In this document: one piece after another, positions 51,599 through 60,347 of the stretch
Layout: the number at the start of each line of letters is the position of its first letter
Numbering within the stretch: the first letter of the stretch is position 1
NCBI GenBank assembly: GCA_965200965.1
Contig: OZ241744.1
Coordinates: 2,784,001-2,848,000, forward strand
Source: an uncultured Candidatus Binatia bacterium
GTDB lineage: Bacteria; Desulfobacterota; Binatia; Bin18
Direction: 5' to 3'
Length of the DNA: 64,000 bases
Made by a program: the position numbers and the translations under genes
Notes under the pieces: generated by a model
What the model was told of the DNA's origin: nothing
Database searches by the model: none
Seen by the model: only the letters and a program-made list of their open reading frames with translations

Positions 51599-52321
51599 TC
51601 AGGACTCCTTCCTGAAAGATGAATCGTTGCCTTCGCACACCAGCCGCCCGCCGCCGTGCAGGCCGGATAGCCAGTTGCGTTGGTCGGTAAGCGGATAGCT
51701 CCGGCTGGGGGCAATCGTTTCGATACCTTCGCCGTCGGGCCACAGCAGTTGTCGGGGGGTCGGCTCATCTGGTTCGGGGGCGCACAGGGCGGCCAGGGCG
51801 GTAGCGCCGTCGCGGCACTCGGCAAACAGCGGCGCTGAGGGCAGACACGGTTTGCGCCCGATGAACAGCGGACGCGCCGGCTCTTGCAGCGCCTCGGCTA
51901 GGTCGTCCAGGGTTGGCGCGTCGTCTGGCGGTTCCAGGCGCACGGCGAGGCTGACGCGCATATCGGCGAAGTAGTCGCGGTAGCGCAGATGGGGCGCGTC
52001 ATAGGTCTTCTGGCCGCCGGTCCGACCCTCGGGCTGTCCGCGCGTGGTCCAGGCCGTATCTTTGTCCCCGAGTTGCGCGGTCTGAAAGTCGGTCAGATGC
52101 GCATCGCCGGCCGGCTCCCGGTCAATGCGGGCGGCGAAAATTAGCCGGTCTTGCAAGTGCTGATGCTGCTCTCGCTGGGTGCGTCGCCAGCCCAGGGCAT
52201 TCGCGAACAGGCCGGTCAGCATGGACGCCGCGGGAAACTGGCGGATGACTCCATAATTGTCAATTGTCTCACCGCCAAAGGCCATAAGCGGGCTTTCCAG
52301 GTTCAGGATCAGATGCCGCAT
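51599..52321 (-). CDS. cas5e: Type I-E Cas5 (CasD)
   Basis: LNLESPLMAFG...P..S.LTGL.ANALG, R.RDY.AD and PLFIGRKPCLPS motifs. Confidence 0.95.
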   Translation of the reverse strand: MRHLILNLESPLMAFGGETIDNYGVIRQFPAASMLTGLFANALGWRRTQREQHQHLQDRLIFAARIDREPAGDAHLTDFQTAQLGDKDTAWTTRGQPEGRTGGQKTYDAPHLRYRDYFADMRVSLAVRLEPPDDAPTLDDLAEALQEPARPLFIGRKPCLPSAPLFAECRDGATALAALCAPEPDEPTPRQLLWPDGEGIETIAPSRSYPLTDQRNWLSGLHGGGRLVCEGNDSSFRKES

Positions 52322-52323
52322 GA

Positions 52324-53544
52324 CTAACTCACCTCACCGTTGCGAACCGCGGCCGCGGCCCAGCTCGCCAGGTCGTCCAGGCACACGCGCTCGGCGTTGG
52401 GCAGATCGCAGTCTCCAACAGACATGATCCGCCGGCGCTCACGCACCCCATAGGCCGTATCGAGTTTGCCCAGATGTGTAGACAGGGCATCCGTTGCCGC
52501 GGCCACTTGGGGCTGAACTGGGTCGCGGAAGGCGTTAGCCAGGCTGCGCGGCTGGCGCACTCCGGCCTCAACCAGCATCAGGTCGGCGCAGCTATAGGGG
52601 GCGGTTGAGCCCAACTTTGCCCCGGGCGAGACAGTAGCAATGAGATGAAGCAGATGCTCAATCACCTTGCCGGCCAAGGTCGTATCCGCGTTCTTCCAAT
52701 CGCTGGCCGGGCAGCCCTCCAGGTTGGAAACCAAGCCTGGAACGTCCACCACCGCATAGCCGTAGAACAGCCCCGCGGTCAGTTCTACATCGCCGATGTG
52801 AGCCGCGCCGGCATCTTCGTCTTTTCGTTGAAGGTCGTCCACCACCGAGAAGTAATCGCTTTCGCTCTCTTCCTGATGCACGGTAAAGGCATGAGCGACA
52901 TGAACGGCGGCGTCAATGTTCGCGCCGGGGTCAGATGTCACCATGCGACCAAACAGCGCGCCTTCCAGCCCGCCGGGCAGGCGTGCCTGTTCCCGGAAAG
53001 CGCGAAAGTTGTTGCCTTCACCAAGTGATTTCTGTTTGAAAAGGTCGTCGGCAGCCGTCTTCGCAGCCTTGGCATCAGTGGGATGCTCAATACAGATCAC
53101 CCTAGCCTTCTCCTGAAGGTATTCAACTTCGGGAAGGCCGAGCAGAAGGGTCTGCCGATTTTTTCTGTCTTCCGCCTCCTTTGCGCCTTTCTCGTCTTTC
53201 TTGTCGCCCTTATACACGCCGTTGTTGAAAGCCTTCTTGACCGCATTGAGCACATCCTCTGCGACTTCGCCGGCCTCGCATAAGGGTTGTAAGGGCGGGA
53301 TTACCTTTTGCTCGACAACATTCCGGGAGCGTATCGCTTCCGCCGCGCCAGAAATGTTGCGGAGGGAGAACTCATCTTCCGCTACCCGCCAGTGTCGCTT
53401 GAGACACTGCGACGATATGCGGGTCCGTACCGCGCCGCCAAAAGGCATCCGCTTGGCGAGGCCGCTGTCATCCCGGTTCAGCAGGGCCGCCGGGTAGGAA
53501 TGCAGGGTATGAATCTGGAAAAAACGTGCTGTGGTCATGGTCAA
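52324..53544 (-). CDS. cas7e: Type I-E Cas7 (Cse4/CasC)
   Basis: IHTLHSYP..LNRDDSG.AK, RISSQCLKR, ALFGRM and VAHAFTVH..E.DYF..VDD motifs. Confidence 0.96.
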   Translation of the reverse strand: MTMTTARFFQIHTLHSYPAALLNRDDSGLAKRMPFGGAVRTRISSQCLKRHWRVAEDEFSLRNISGAAEAIRSRNVVEQKVIPPLQPLCEAGEVAEDVLNAVKKAFNNGVYKGDKKDEKGAKEAEDRKNRQTLLLGLPEVEYLQEKARVICIEHPTDAKAAKTAADDLFKQKSLGEGNNFRAFREQARLPGGLEGALFGRMVTSDPGANIDAAVHVAHAFTVHQEESESDYFSVVDDLQRKDEDAGAAHIGDVELTAGLFYGYAVVDVPGLVSNLEGCPASDWKNADTTLAGKVIEHLLHLIATVSPGAKLGSTAPYSCADLMLVEAGVRQPRSLANAFRDPVQPQVAAATDALSTHLGKLDTAYGVRERRRIMSVGDCDLPNAERVCLDDLASWAAAAVRNGEVS

Positions 53545-53565
53545 TCTCCTTGTGGTGATGCTGTG

Positions 53566-54162
53566 TTAGTCTGTTGATTGCGGGGCATTGCGCCGCTCGG
53601 CCTGATAGTAGGTGCGGGCGATACCGCGGCGTGCTGCTTCGGCCTGTTTTTCGTTATAGCCATCGTTCAGGATGAAGAATGTCATTTCACGCCAGTTGAA
53701 GGGTTGGTTGGCAGCGGCCAACATGCGGAACAGCCGTGCCAGCAGAACACGCAGCATCGGCCCTCGTGCCGTCAGCAGTCGGTTCAGGCGTGTCTCGCTG
53801 TAGAAAGCGGCTGTCCGCCGGGCGTCACCGCCGAAGAACAACGCTCGGCCAACAGGCATCGATCCGTCGTGGGCGGAGCGTCGGTCAGCCGTGCCGGTCA
53901 TCAGCGCGATGCCGTGCAGGATGAGCGCCCATTTGCGTTCGAGGGTGGGGTTGCCCAACAGTTCCCGGTATGCCAGGAGCCGCCAGAAGGCCGCTGCATC
54001 GGGGGCGTCCGGGTCCATGCGCCGCAATTCGGCTAGATCGCCCCGGCGAAAATCGGGCTGTGATAGAACATGGGCAAAACCCGCCGCAATAGCGTCCCAA
54101 GTCTGCTGTTCGCCTTCCAGCGTCGGCGTAGCGGACGCTGGAAGAGGTTGCCTATGTGTCAT
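53566..54162 (-). CDS. cse2: Type I-E Cas11 (Cse2/CasB)
   Basis: GDLAELRR, SETRLNRLL and IARTYY motifs; operon position. Confidence 0.88.
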   Translation of the reverse strand: MTHRQPLPASATPTLEGEQQTWDAIAAGFAHVLSQPDFRRGDLAELRRMDPDAPDAAAFWRLLAYRELLGNPTLERKWALILHGIALMTGTADRRSAHDGSMPVGRALFFGGDARRTAAFYSETRLNRLLTARGPMLRVLLARLFRMLAAANQPFNWREMTFFILNDGYNEKQAEAARRGIARTYYQAERRNAPQSTD

Positions 54163-55763
54163 TCCTGGTCCTCCTTATTCGCTTCGTCAAACAGAAACGG
54201 CAGTCCTTTCGGTCTACGGAGCCGCCCCTCAAACAGCCCCTCGGCCTTGACCCGGGCGCGGTAGCGGTGAATGGCCGGGCAGGGCAGGGTGGCGGTTGCG
54301 TCTTGCAGGATGCGGCGGGCGTGGTCAATCACGCCGTCTTTGCGGTTCATCAGCCACGCCTTTCGGATGCGCTTGCGTTTGTCGTCGTTGTCGGCCTCAA
54401 ACTCGGTTTGCAGGTCGTCAAAGAATCGGGCGTCAACGATTGCGTCCAGCCTGTCCGACCAGGGATTTGCCAGCGTGCGGTGCTCCGAGCTGGTCTTGTC
54501 ACCCTCACCGCGGGCGGCAAACGTTGCGATAGCGCGGCGCACGATGCTCTTCACAGTGCCAATCTGCTCAATACGCTCTTGGGCGAGGTCGCCCAATTCC
54601 TGAGCCTGTGCACTGTTGCGGCGCAGCATAGCTGTTCTGGCCTTGCTCCTGATGGGGATGATGCGTTCGTGATAGCCTTCGGTCATACCCTGCTTTCTGG
54701 TGTTGCATTTTAGACTTCGGGCGACGAGTTGCATCGTTTCCGGGGAATGCTGTTCAGACGGTGTTGGCTTCAGCAGGACCGGGTGTTCCCAGTCGGCCGA
54801 GATCAGGTATTTCTTCACCAGATCATAGGTAAAACCCTTTGGGCCGATATTGAGAGCTTCGCCCTTTGTCGTGTTGATGGGGGTCCACGGGTCGCCTGTA
54901 CGCCCTTTGATCTTCTCTGCCTCAATTCGTGTCGCGTCCGAGTTTGCCTTGAGGCCGCTGAGCTTGCCGTCCGTCCCGAGGCGCAGGCGGACACGCCGGC
55001 AGACCTCGATGTAGTAGGGGGCGAGTTCGACCAGCGGCAGTTTCTCCGCCTTGGTCCCATCCCAGGGGATGGTCCAGAGTAGGCCGATATCGCCATTGGT
55101 CAGAGAGAGATCATCCATCCGTTCCAGTAGGGCTATGATATCCCGCCGGGCGTGCGCACCCGGTCGTAGGGAGGGTGTGAGGCTGAACGCTGGGCGTCCA
55201 GAATAAGCGCTCTTGAGCCTAGAAACAGAGTAATTGCCACGACCGTTCTGAGCCGAGGTAGTTTGCAGGGTAATCAGCGCAAACAACCAAGCGTCTACGC
55301 TTGCCTCGGTCGCCACCTCCGATTTGAGGTCGTGGTTCTTGGACGTGACCAGCATATCCAACTTGTCTGGAGTTGGGAGAATGTTCTTTTTGTCCTCCTC
55401 GGCTCTCTCGTAGGTATCGGCCTTGTCTGCGGAGGCCGGCGGCTGCATGAAGGCCGGTTCTGTGATGTCATTCACCACTACCTGCCAGGGTTCGTCGTCT
55501 GGATAGTCCGGCGTCAGTCCACGGATCAGGGCCACCCACTCTGCCGCGTTCTCCGGTGGTTCACCGCGGCCGGCCCGGCGCAGTGCCATCACCCCGAGCT
55601 GGACGAGAAAGGCGTGCCAGGCGTGACGCTGGTGGGGGCGCAGTGCGGGAAAAGTGTTTACCTCGTCCTGCATCAGCGCAGCGAAGATCTCCGGCAAGGA
55701 GACCTCCACGCCCGCGCCTGCCGTATCCATCCGAATCAATGGTTCCGTGAGAATGTTGAGCAT
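54159..55763 (-). CDS. cas8e: Type I-E Cas8e (Cse1/CasA)
   Basis: NILTEPLI, LRPHQRHAWHAFLVQL, YIEVCRRVRL and TGDPWTP motifs; first Cascade gene. Confidence 0.9.
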   Translation of the reverse strand: MLNILTEPLIRMDTAGAGVEVSLPEIFAALMQDEVNTFPALRPHQRHAWHAFLVQLGVMALRRAGRGEPPENAAEWVALIRGLTPDYPDDEPWQVVVNDITEPAFMQPPASADKADTYERAEEDKKNILPTPDKLDMLVTSKNHDLKSEVATEASVDAWLFALITLQTTSAQNGRGNYSVSRLKSAYSGRPAFSLTPSLRPGAHARRDIIALLERMDDLSLTNGDIGLLWTIPWDGTKAEKLPLVELAPYYIEVCRRVRLRLGTDGKLSGLKANSDATRIEAEKIKGRTGDPWTPINTTKGEALNIGPKGFTYDLVKKYLISADWEHPVLLKPTPSEQHSPETMQLVARSLKCNTRKQGMTEGYHERIIPIRSKARTAMLRRNSAQAQELGDLAQERIEQIGTVKSIVRRAIATFAARGEGDKTSSEHRTLANPWSDRLDAIVDARFFDDLQTEFEADNDDKRKRIRKAWLMNRKDGVIDHARRILQDATATLPCPAIHRYRARVKAEGLFEGRLRRPKGLPFLFDEANKEDQE

Positions 55764-55945
55764 ACGTCTGCTTTCCCTTTCAGTCGCTTCTGGTCAGAAG
55801 CGTGTCTGTTCTGTACCCTTACTCGCATCGCCCCGTATTGAGTCTGCAACGTCAGGGACGCAGGAGAGGGGAGGACAGCGCGAACAGCGGCAATATCCGG
55901 TATCACCATTTCCACCAGGGCTTCGGTAGCCTTGTTTTGTTTCAT
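55736..55945 (-). CDS. 69-aa hypothetical ORF leading the Cascade transcript
   Basis: Strong RBS AGAAAGGAGAAAAA-ATG just after the promoter; overlaps the cas8e start by 28 nt. Confidence 0.45.
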   Translation of the reverse strand: MKQNKATEALVEMVIPDIAAVRAVLPSPASLTLQTQYGAMRVRVQNRHASDQKRLKGKADVCSTFSRNH

Positions 55946-55973
55946 TTTTTCTCCTTTCTTTTAGACATAGACA

Positions 55974-56001
55974 TTGAAACACAAAAATTAGATGTTAGAC
56001 T
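55974..56001 (+). promoter_or_regulatory. Divergent promoter for the mini-array RNA
   Basis: TTGAAA, 16 bp spacer, TAGACT with an extended -10 TG at 55993-55994; ~18 bp upstream of pseudo-repeat 1. Confidence 0.5.
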
Positions 56002-56013
56002 TGGATTTGTCAA
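55985..56013 (-). promoter_or_regulatory. Sigma70-type promoter for the Cascade operon
   Basis: TTGACA (56013-56008), 17 bp spacer, TAATTT (55990-55985). Confidence 0.75.
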
Positions 56014-56018
56014 GCTTT

Positions 56019-56101
56019 GATTCCCCGCACGGGGATAGACCGTTTTGTGTTGCGATGTCAAACATCGTGCTCAAATTTCCCCGCACACGCGGGGTTGTCC
56101 T
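56019..56101 (+). ncRNA. crRNA-like regulatory mini-array (CreR/CreA-like)
   Basis: GATTCCCCGCACGGGGATAGACC, 32-nt spacer, AATTTCCCCGCACACGCGGGGTTGTCCT. The spacer matches 55986-55968. Confidence 0.85.
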
Positions 56102-56127
56102 GTGGTGTCCGGGGCTGTGGCGGTCCA

Positions 56128-58941
56128 TTACATCCGACGCAGTCCCAGACGGTCGTATTGGAATCGGGCGTCACCGAGGCGGAAGGTGAAGCCGCCGGCG
56201 GTCAGCTCGGGCGCGACCGGCTCGTCGCTGGCCAAGTCACGCGCCAGATGGTTGGGAATGGCTATCTGGGAGATCGTTTCGCCGGTGAAAGGGCTGGACG
56301 GGGCCGGCTCTAACTCAACCGCTATGCCCTCATCGCCCAGCCGCGTGCGTATCTTCTCTTCCAGAGAGCCAAAAACCACGTCCTGGTTGTCCGTGAAAAA
56401 GGACTTATCGCGCCGGACGATGGCGCTCCGGGCGGTCAAGCCCTCGGCCAATTCCGCCCCCATCATGCTGTTGGCGTGATCCCGCCAAGCGTCGCCCAGC
56501 TCTGTGGTAATGGCTTCCAACGCCTCGGGGTGGGTCGTTCGTTCGACCAGCTCCCGGTTCATCTCCGGGATGCGCCACGGTCTGGCGTTCTCGGTATGCT
56601 CTACGATCAGCCGTCGCGTAGCCTCCAGGATGCGCAGGTCCTTATACACATGACCGTGCGGCCCCAAGCCGTTTCGGCCCGGCCCTTGAGGAGTGAACGT
56701 GTCATCAGATTGACCGGAAGGCGACACATTGACTCCTTTTGCCAGCAGGGGCGAGAGATCGGCACCCGCCGGCAGCAGCACGACGCAACTCGGCGTCTCA
56801 TAGCCGGGCGGGCGATCGTGCCGTTGGTGTCGGTGCAGGCGGCCAATTCGTTGAAGCAGTACGTCCATCGGGCACAGGTCGGTTATGAGCAGGTCGGCAT
56901 CAATATCGAGGGACTGCTCCAGGGTCTGGGTCCCCACAATAATGCGCCCGCCGGCCGGCCGGTCTTTGCCGAGTTGCTCTTCAACCGCTCTGTCGAGGTG
57001 GCGGCGGTCACTGGCGGCGAACCGGCCGTGGTGGAGGGTGGGAGTGCCGTTGCAGGCGTACAGCAGGCCGCGTTCGTCAGACAGGGCCGTTTTTTCCAGG
57101 GTCTGCTGGGTGTTGATCGCGTGGCCGACTGTGTTGCGAATGACCAGCACCTTCGCCCCGGTGCGGGCCGCGTGCAGGGCGCGTTCGGCCACCTGAGCGA
57201 AGTCATCCATAGCCGTGGCCTCAATCTGTACCGTTTTTTCTTTGCCAAAGATGAACCGTGTCGCCGTCCTCTCGTTCGGGTAAGACGATTTATCTTCATT
57301 GTGAGCGACGGCGATCATCTGTTCACCACCGCCGGCCTGGGTTGTGACCGCGGGGTAGGGGGCGGTGATGGTTTCACCGAGTGGCGGAAGGTCCTGCAAA
57401 CCGGATACCCAGCGACGACGTGCCACCGCACCTAGCGTGGCCGACATCAGCACCGCGTAGCCGCCGGCCCCGATATGGGCGTCAAGCAGAGCTTTGAGAA
57501 TGGCCCGCATATACGGGTCGGAGGCGTGGACTTCATCCACGACCAGCAGGTGACGCGCCAGGCAGGCGGCGCGCAGATGGGCGTGTTTCACCTTGAGGGC
57601 TGCCATCATGGCCTGGTCTACCGTGCCCACGGCAATTTGCGCTGCCAAGTAGCGCTTGGCGCTTTCGGCGGCCCAGCGGCGTTTTCCGGTGGCGACACCG
57701 GGATCATCGTCCCACCAGACCTCGTAGTTCGGCAACTGCCGACCCTCGGCGGTGCCGGCGCGCAGATAGCCGGGGACGGCTAACACCGGCTCCGGTCGGT
57801 GTTTGTTAGGGAACAGATTGGCAATGAAGCGCGTGACGCGCGCGTGCATCTGGCTGGCCGCGGCCCTGGTCGGCAGGGCAAAATACAGCCCGTCCACCAG
57901 TTCGGCCTGATACAGTTGGGCAAAGCGCCACAGGGCGGCCTCGGTTTTCCCAGAACCGGTTTCGGACTCGATGATGACCAGCCGCTCATCCGTCGGGACC
58001 GCCCTTACCACCTGCTGGACAGGGTTGGGCGTGGCATTGGGAAGGCTGAACAGCGGGCCGAAGTCGGGGAGAGCCGGCAAGGAGTGCGCGTGTCGCCTTC
58101 CGGTCGATCTGATGACATGTTCACTCCTCAGGGTGCGAAAAGCGGTCCGCTGACTTTTCAGGTTCAGCCCGATTTCCGAAACCGCCCGCTGGGCGTTTTG
58201 GCGCGCTGTGCTGATGTAGTTGTCGCGCGGCTCGGCGCAAAACGGAAAATTGCGCTCATCGGAGCCGATCCAGTCGGCCAGTATGCACAGGCCCAGAAAC
58301 ATATGCTGGAAGGCGGACGTGGACGGCAGGGGCGGCGCATCGGGACTGAAGGCCAACGGGAACCAGTGGCGCACGAGCTGGCTGATGCGCTCCACATGAC
58401 TTTTGGGGTGCAACTTGCCAAAGTCACGCCATACTTTGGGGTTGGGGTGTCGCACGCCTAGTTGCAGGGGCGAGCCGTGATGCGACAGCGCAGCGATGAA
58501 CAACCCGCACACGGTCTCGCCCTCGCCGGCGTCCCAACTCAGCAAATCATCCCACCAGCCCAGGGCGTCAAAGAACCAAGCGGATGTTGTCGCATCAGTG
58601 CCATTCAGGACCGGCGTCAGGTCGGCGATGTGACCGGCGCGATGTGGCATTTTCTTGTCCGCTGGCGCGTCCGCGGGCTGCCAGATCTGCGTCTGAAAGC
58701 CGATGTTGACCTTACCGATGTCGTGGAGGGCGGCAAAGACGGCCAGCCGCGCCGCGGTTGCGTCGTCCAGCCTGTCCAGCCCGCCGGCCCGCGCCAGGCC
58801 TTGCCCGATGGTCGGCTGCTCCAGCAGGGCCTTAAAGCAGACCCCCACATCGGCCATGTGGTGCTCTAACAGATGGATACGCTGTGGGTTTTCTCGGTCC
58901 GATTTTGCCCAGAAGGCCCGGGTGTAGGCTGTGGCTGTCAT
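56128..58941 (-). CDS. cas3: Cas3 HD nuclease-helicase
   Basis: WAKS, H..DV, LHDIGK, LADWIGS, SETGSGKTEAA, VDEVH, MSAT, EQSLDID.D and QRIGRLHRH motifs. Confidence 0.97.
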   Translation of the reverse strand: MTATAYTRAFWAKSDRENPQRIHLLEHHMADVGVCFKALLEQPTIGQGLARAGGLDRLDDATAARLAVFAALHDIGKVNIGFQTQIWQPADAPADKKMPHRAGHIADLTPVLNGTDATTSAWFFDALGWWDDLLSWDAGEGETVCGLFIAALSHHGSPLQLGVRHPNPKVWRDFGKLHPKSHVERISQLVRHWFPLAFSPDAPPLPSTSAFQHMFLGLCILADWIGSDERNFPFCAEPRDNYISTARQNAQRAVSEIGLNLKSQRTAFRTLRSEHVIRSTGRRHAHSLPALPDFGPLFSLPNATPNPVQQVVRAVPTDERLVIIESETGSGKTEAALWRFAQLYQAELVDGLYFALPTRAAASQMHARVTRFIANLFPNKHRPEPVLAVPGYLRAGTAEGRQLPNYEVWWDDDPGVATGKRRWAAESAKRYLAAQIAVGTVDQAMMAALKVKHAHLRAACLARHLLVVDEVHASDPYMRAILKALLDAHIGAGGYAVLMSATLGAVARRRWVSGLQDLPPLGETITAPYPAVTTQAGGGEQMIAVAHNEDKSSYPNERTATRFIFGKEKTVQIEATAMDDFAQVAERALHAARTGAKVLVIRNTVGHAINTQQTLEKTALSDERGLLYACNGTPTLHHGRFAASDRRHLDRAVEEQLGKDRPAGGRIIVGTQTLEQSLDIDADLLITDLCPMDVLLQRIGRLHRHQRHDRPPGYETPSCVVLLPAGADLSPLLAKGVNVSPSGQSDDTFTPQGPGRNGLGPHGHVYKDLRILEATRRLIVEHTENARPWRIPEMNRELVERTTHPEALEAITTELGDAWRDHANSMMGAELAEGLTARSAIVRRDKSFFTDNQDVVFGSLEEKIRTRLGDEGIAVELEPAPSSPFTGETISQIAIPNHLARDLASDEPVAPELTAGGFTFRLGDARFQYDRLGLRRM
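56687..58130. repeat. 52-bp hairpin element, two inverted copies inside cas3 (56687-56738 and 58079-58130)
   Basis: TGAGGAGTGAACRTGTCATCAGATYGACCGGAAGGCGACAC-N4-ACTCCTT, 46/52 identical. Confidence 0.88.
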
Positions 58942-58971
58942 GGTGTTTCTCTCTCCGCGGTGTCGGTGTCT

Positions 58972-60222
58972 CTACAACTTGCCCGCTGCCCGCAACTCCC
59001 TGACCCGGGCTTCCTGCATAATCACCCCGTCCTGGTACAGGGCGGCAATCTGTTCGTCGGTACAGGCCAGGTAGTGCCGGAGGACCTCCTCGTTGTGCTC
59101 GCCCAGAAAGGCGGCTCGAAAAGGAATGGCGACCTGGGCGGCGGACAGACGGAAGGGCGCTTTGGCAATCGGGGTCGGCCCCAGCAGCGGATGCGGTATG
59201 TCCTGAAAAAAGTCGCGGGCCTGGAGTTGGGGATGCTGGGCGGCGGCCGGGATGTCAAGAATCGGAGCGGTCGGAACCCGGGCTTCTTCCAGAACTTTCA
59301 GCGGTGTTTCGTCGTCATCAAAACCTTGCAGCCAGTCCTCAATATGTTTGCGGACCTCGGGCCGATGCTGACAGCGCCCGATTTGCGTTGCGTAGCGCGG
59401 GTCGGTCGCCAACTCGGGCTTGCCCATCGCCTTGACCAGCGACGGCCATTGGTGCTCGGCAACGGCAAGGACGATAGAGCCGCGCCTGGCCTTGTAGACG
59501 CCGTAGGGACAGATATTAAAAAAATCGCTGCCAAAACGGTGGGGTTGAATAGCGCCCTGACTCATCAGGAAGAGTGGGAAATTGATGTAGTCGAGATAGA
59601 CCAGGGATTCAAGCTGCGAGATGTCGATATACTGGCCTTCCCCGCTCATGGCGCGGTGGAACAGGGCCGCGCAAATCCCCAGCGTGCCGTGAATCCCGGC
59701 GTTTGGGTCGCCGAAATAATTGCCGACATAGGTTGGCGGGCCGTCCGGCTCGCCCGTCATGGCCATCACTCCGCTCTGTGCCTGGGCAATAATGTCGAAG
59801 CTGGTGTGTTGCGCATACGGCCCGTCCTGGCCGTAGCCCGACACCGAACACATGATGAGACGCGGATTCAGGATTTTGAGCGAGTCATAGTCCAGGCCGT
59901 ATTTTGCCATCACCCCGGGGCTGTAGTTTTCCACGACCACATCAACCCGCCGGACCAGCTCGCGCACAATGTCGAGCGCCTTGGGCTTGTGGAAATCCAC
60001 GCACAGGCTTTTTTTGCCCGCGCAGGCCGACAGGAAGAGCGCGCTTTGGCCGTGCTCAACCAGGTGAATTTTGCGTCCCAGGTCACCGTCGGGCGCGCGT
60101 TCGATTTTGACCACCTCGGCCCCGAGGTCGGCCAACAGGCGGGTGGCCGAGGGCCCGGCCAGATACTGGGTGAAATCGAGGACGCTCACACCAGTCAACA
60201 GCTGCGTAGCGGCATGTGTCAT
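58972..60222 (-). CDS. CaiB/BaiF class III CoA-transferase
   Basis: LAGP...LADLGAEVVKIE, DVVVENYSPG and SVSGYGQDGP motifs. Confidence 0.93.
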   Translation of the reverse strand: MTHAATQLLTGVSVLDFTQYLAGPSATRLLADLGAEVVKIERAPDGDLGRKIHLVEHGQSALFLSACAGKKSLCVDFHKPKALDIVRELVRRVDVVVENYSPGVMAKYGLDYDSLKILNPRLIMCSVSGYGQDGPYAQHTSFDIIAQAQSGVMAMTGEPDGPPTYVGNYFGDPNAGIHGTLGICAALFHRAMSGEGQYIDISQLESLVYLDYINFPLFLMSQGAIQPHRFGSDFFNICPYGVYKARRGSIVLAVAEHQWPSLVKAMGKPELATDPRYATQIGRCQHRPEVRKHIEDWLQGFDDDETPLKVLEEARVPTAPILDIPAAAQHPQLQARDFFQDIPHPLLGPTPIAKAPFRLSAAQVAIPFRAAFLGEHNEEVLRHYLACTDEQIAALYQDGVIMQEARVRELRAAGKL

Positions 60223-60347
60223 AACACCTCCTTCAAGGTAGACGATTGTCGCTTCTTCCTACTCAACCCGGGCCGGAGCGGCAAGTTTGTCTGGCCTTCG
60301 GTTGACTTTTCGCGTCCATCCATTTTGAATAAAGCGGGAGGAGGAAC

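Noticed and set aside
51597-51743. N-terminal extension of cas6 in the ORF track
   Set aside because: Overlaps cas5; the RBS-supported ATG is at 51596.
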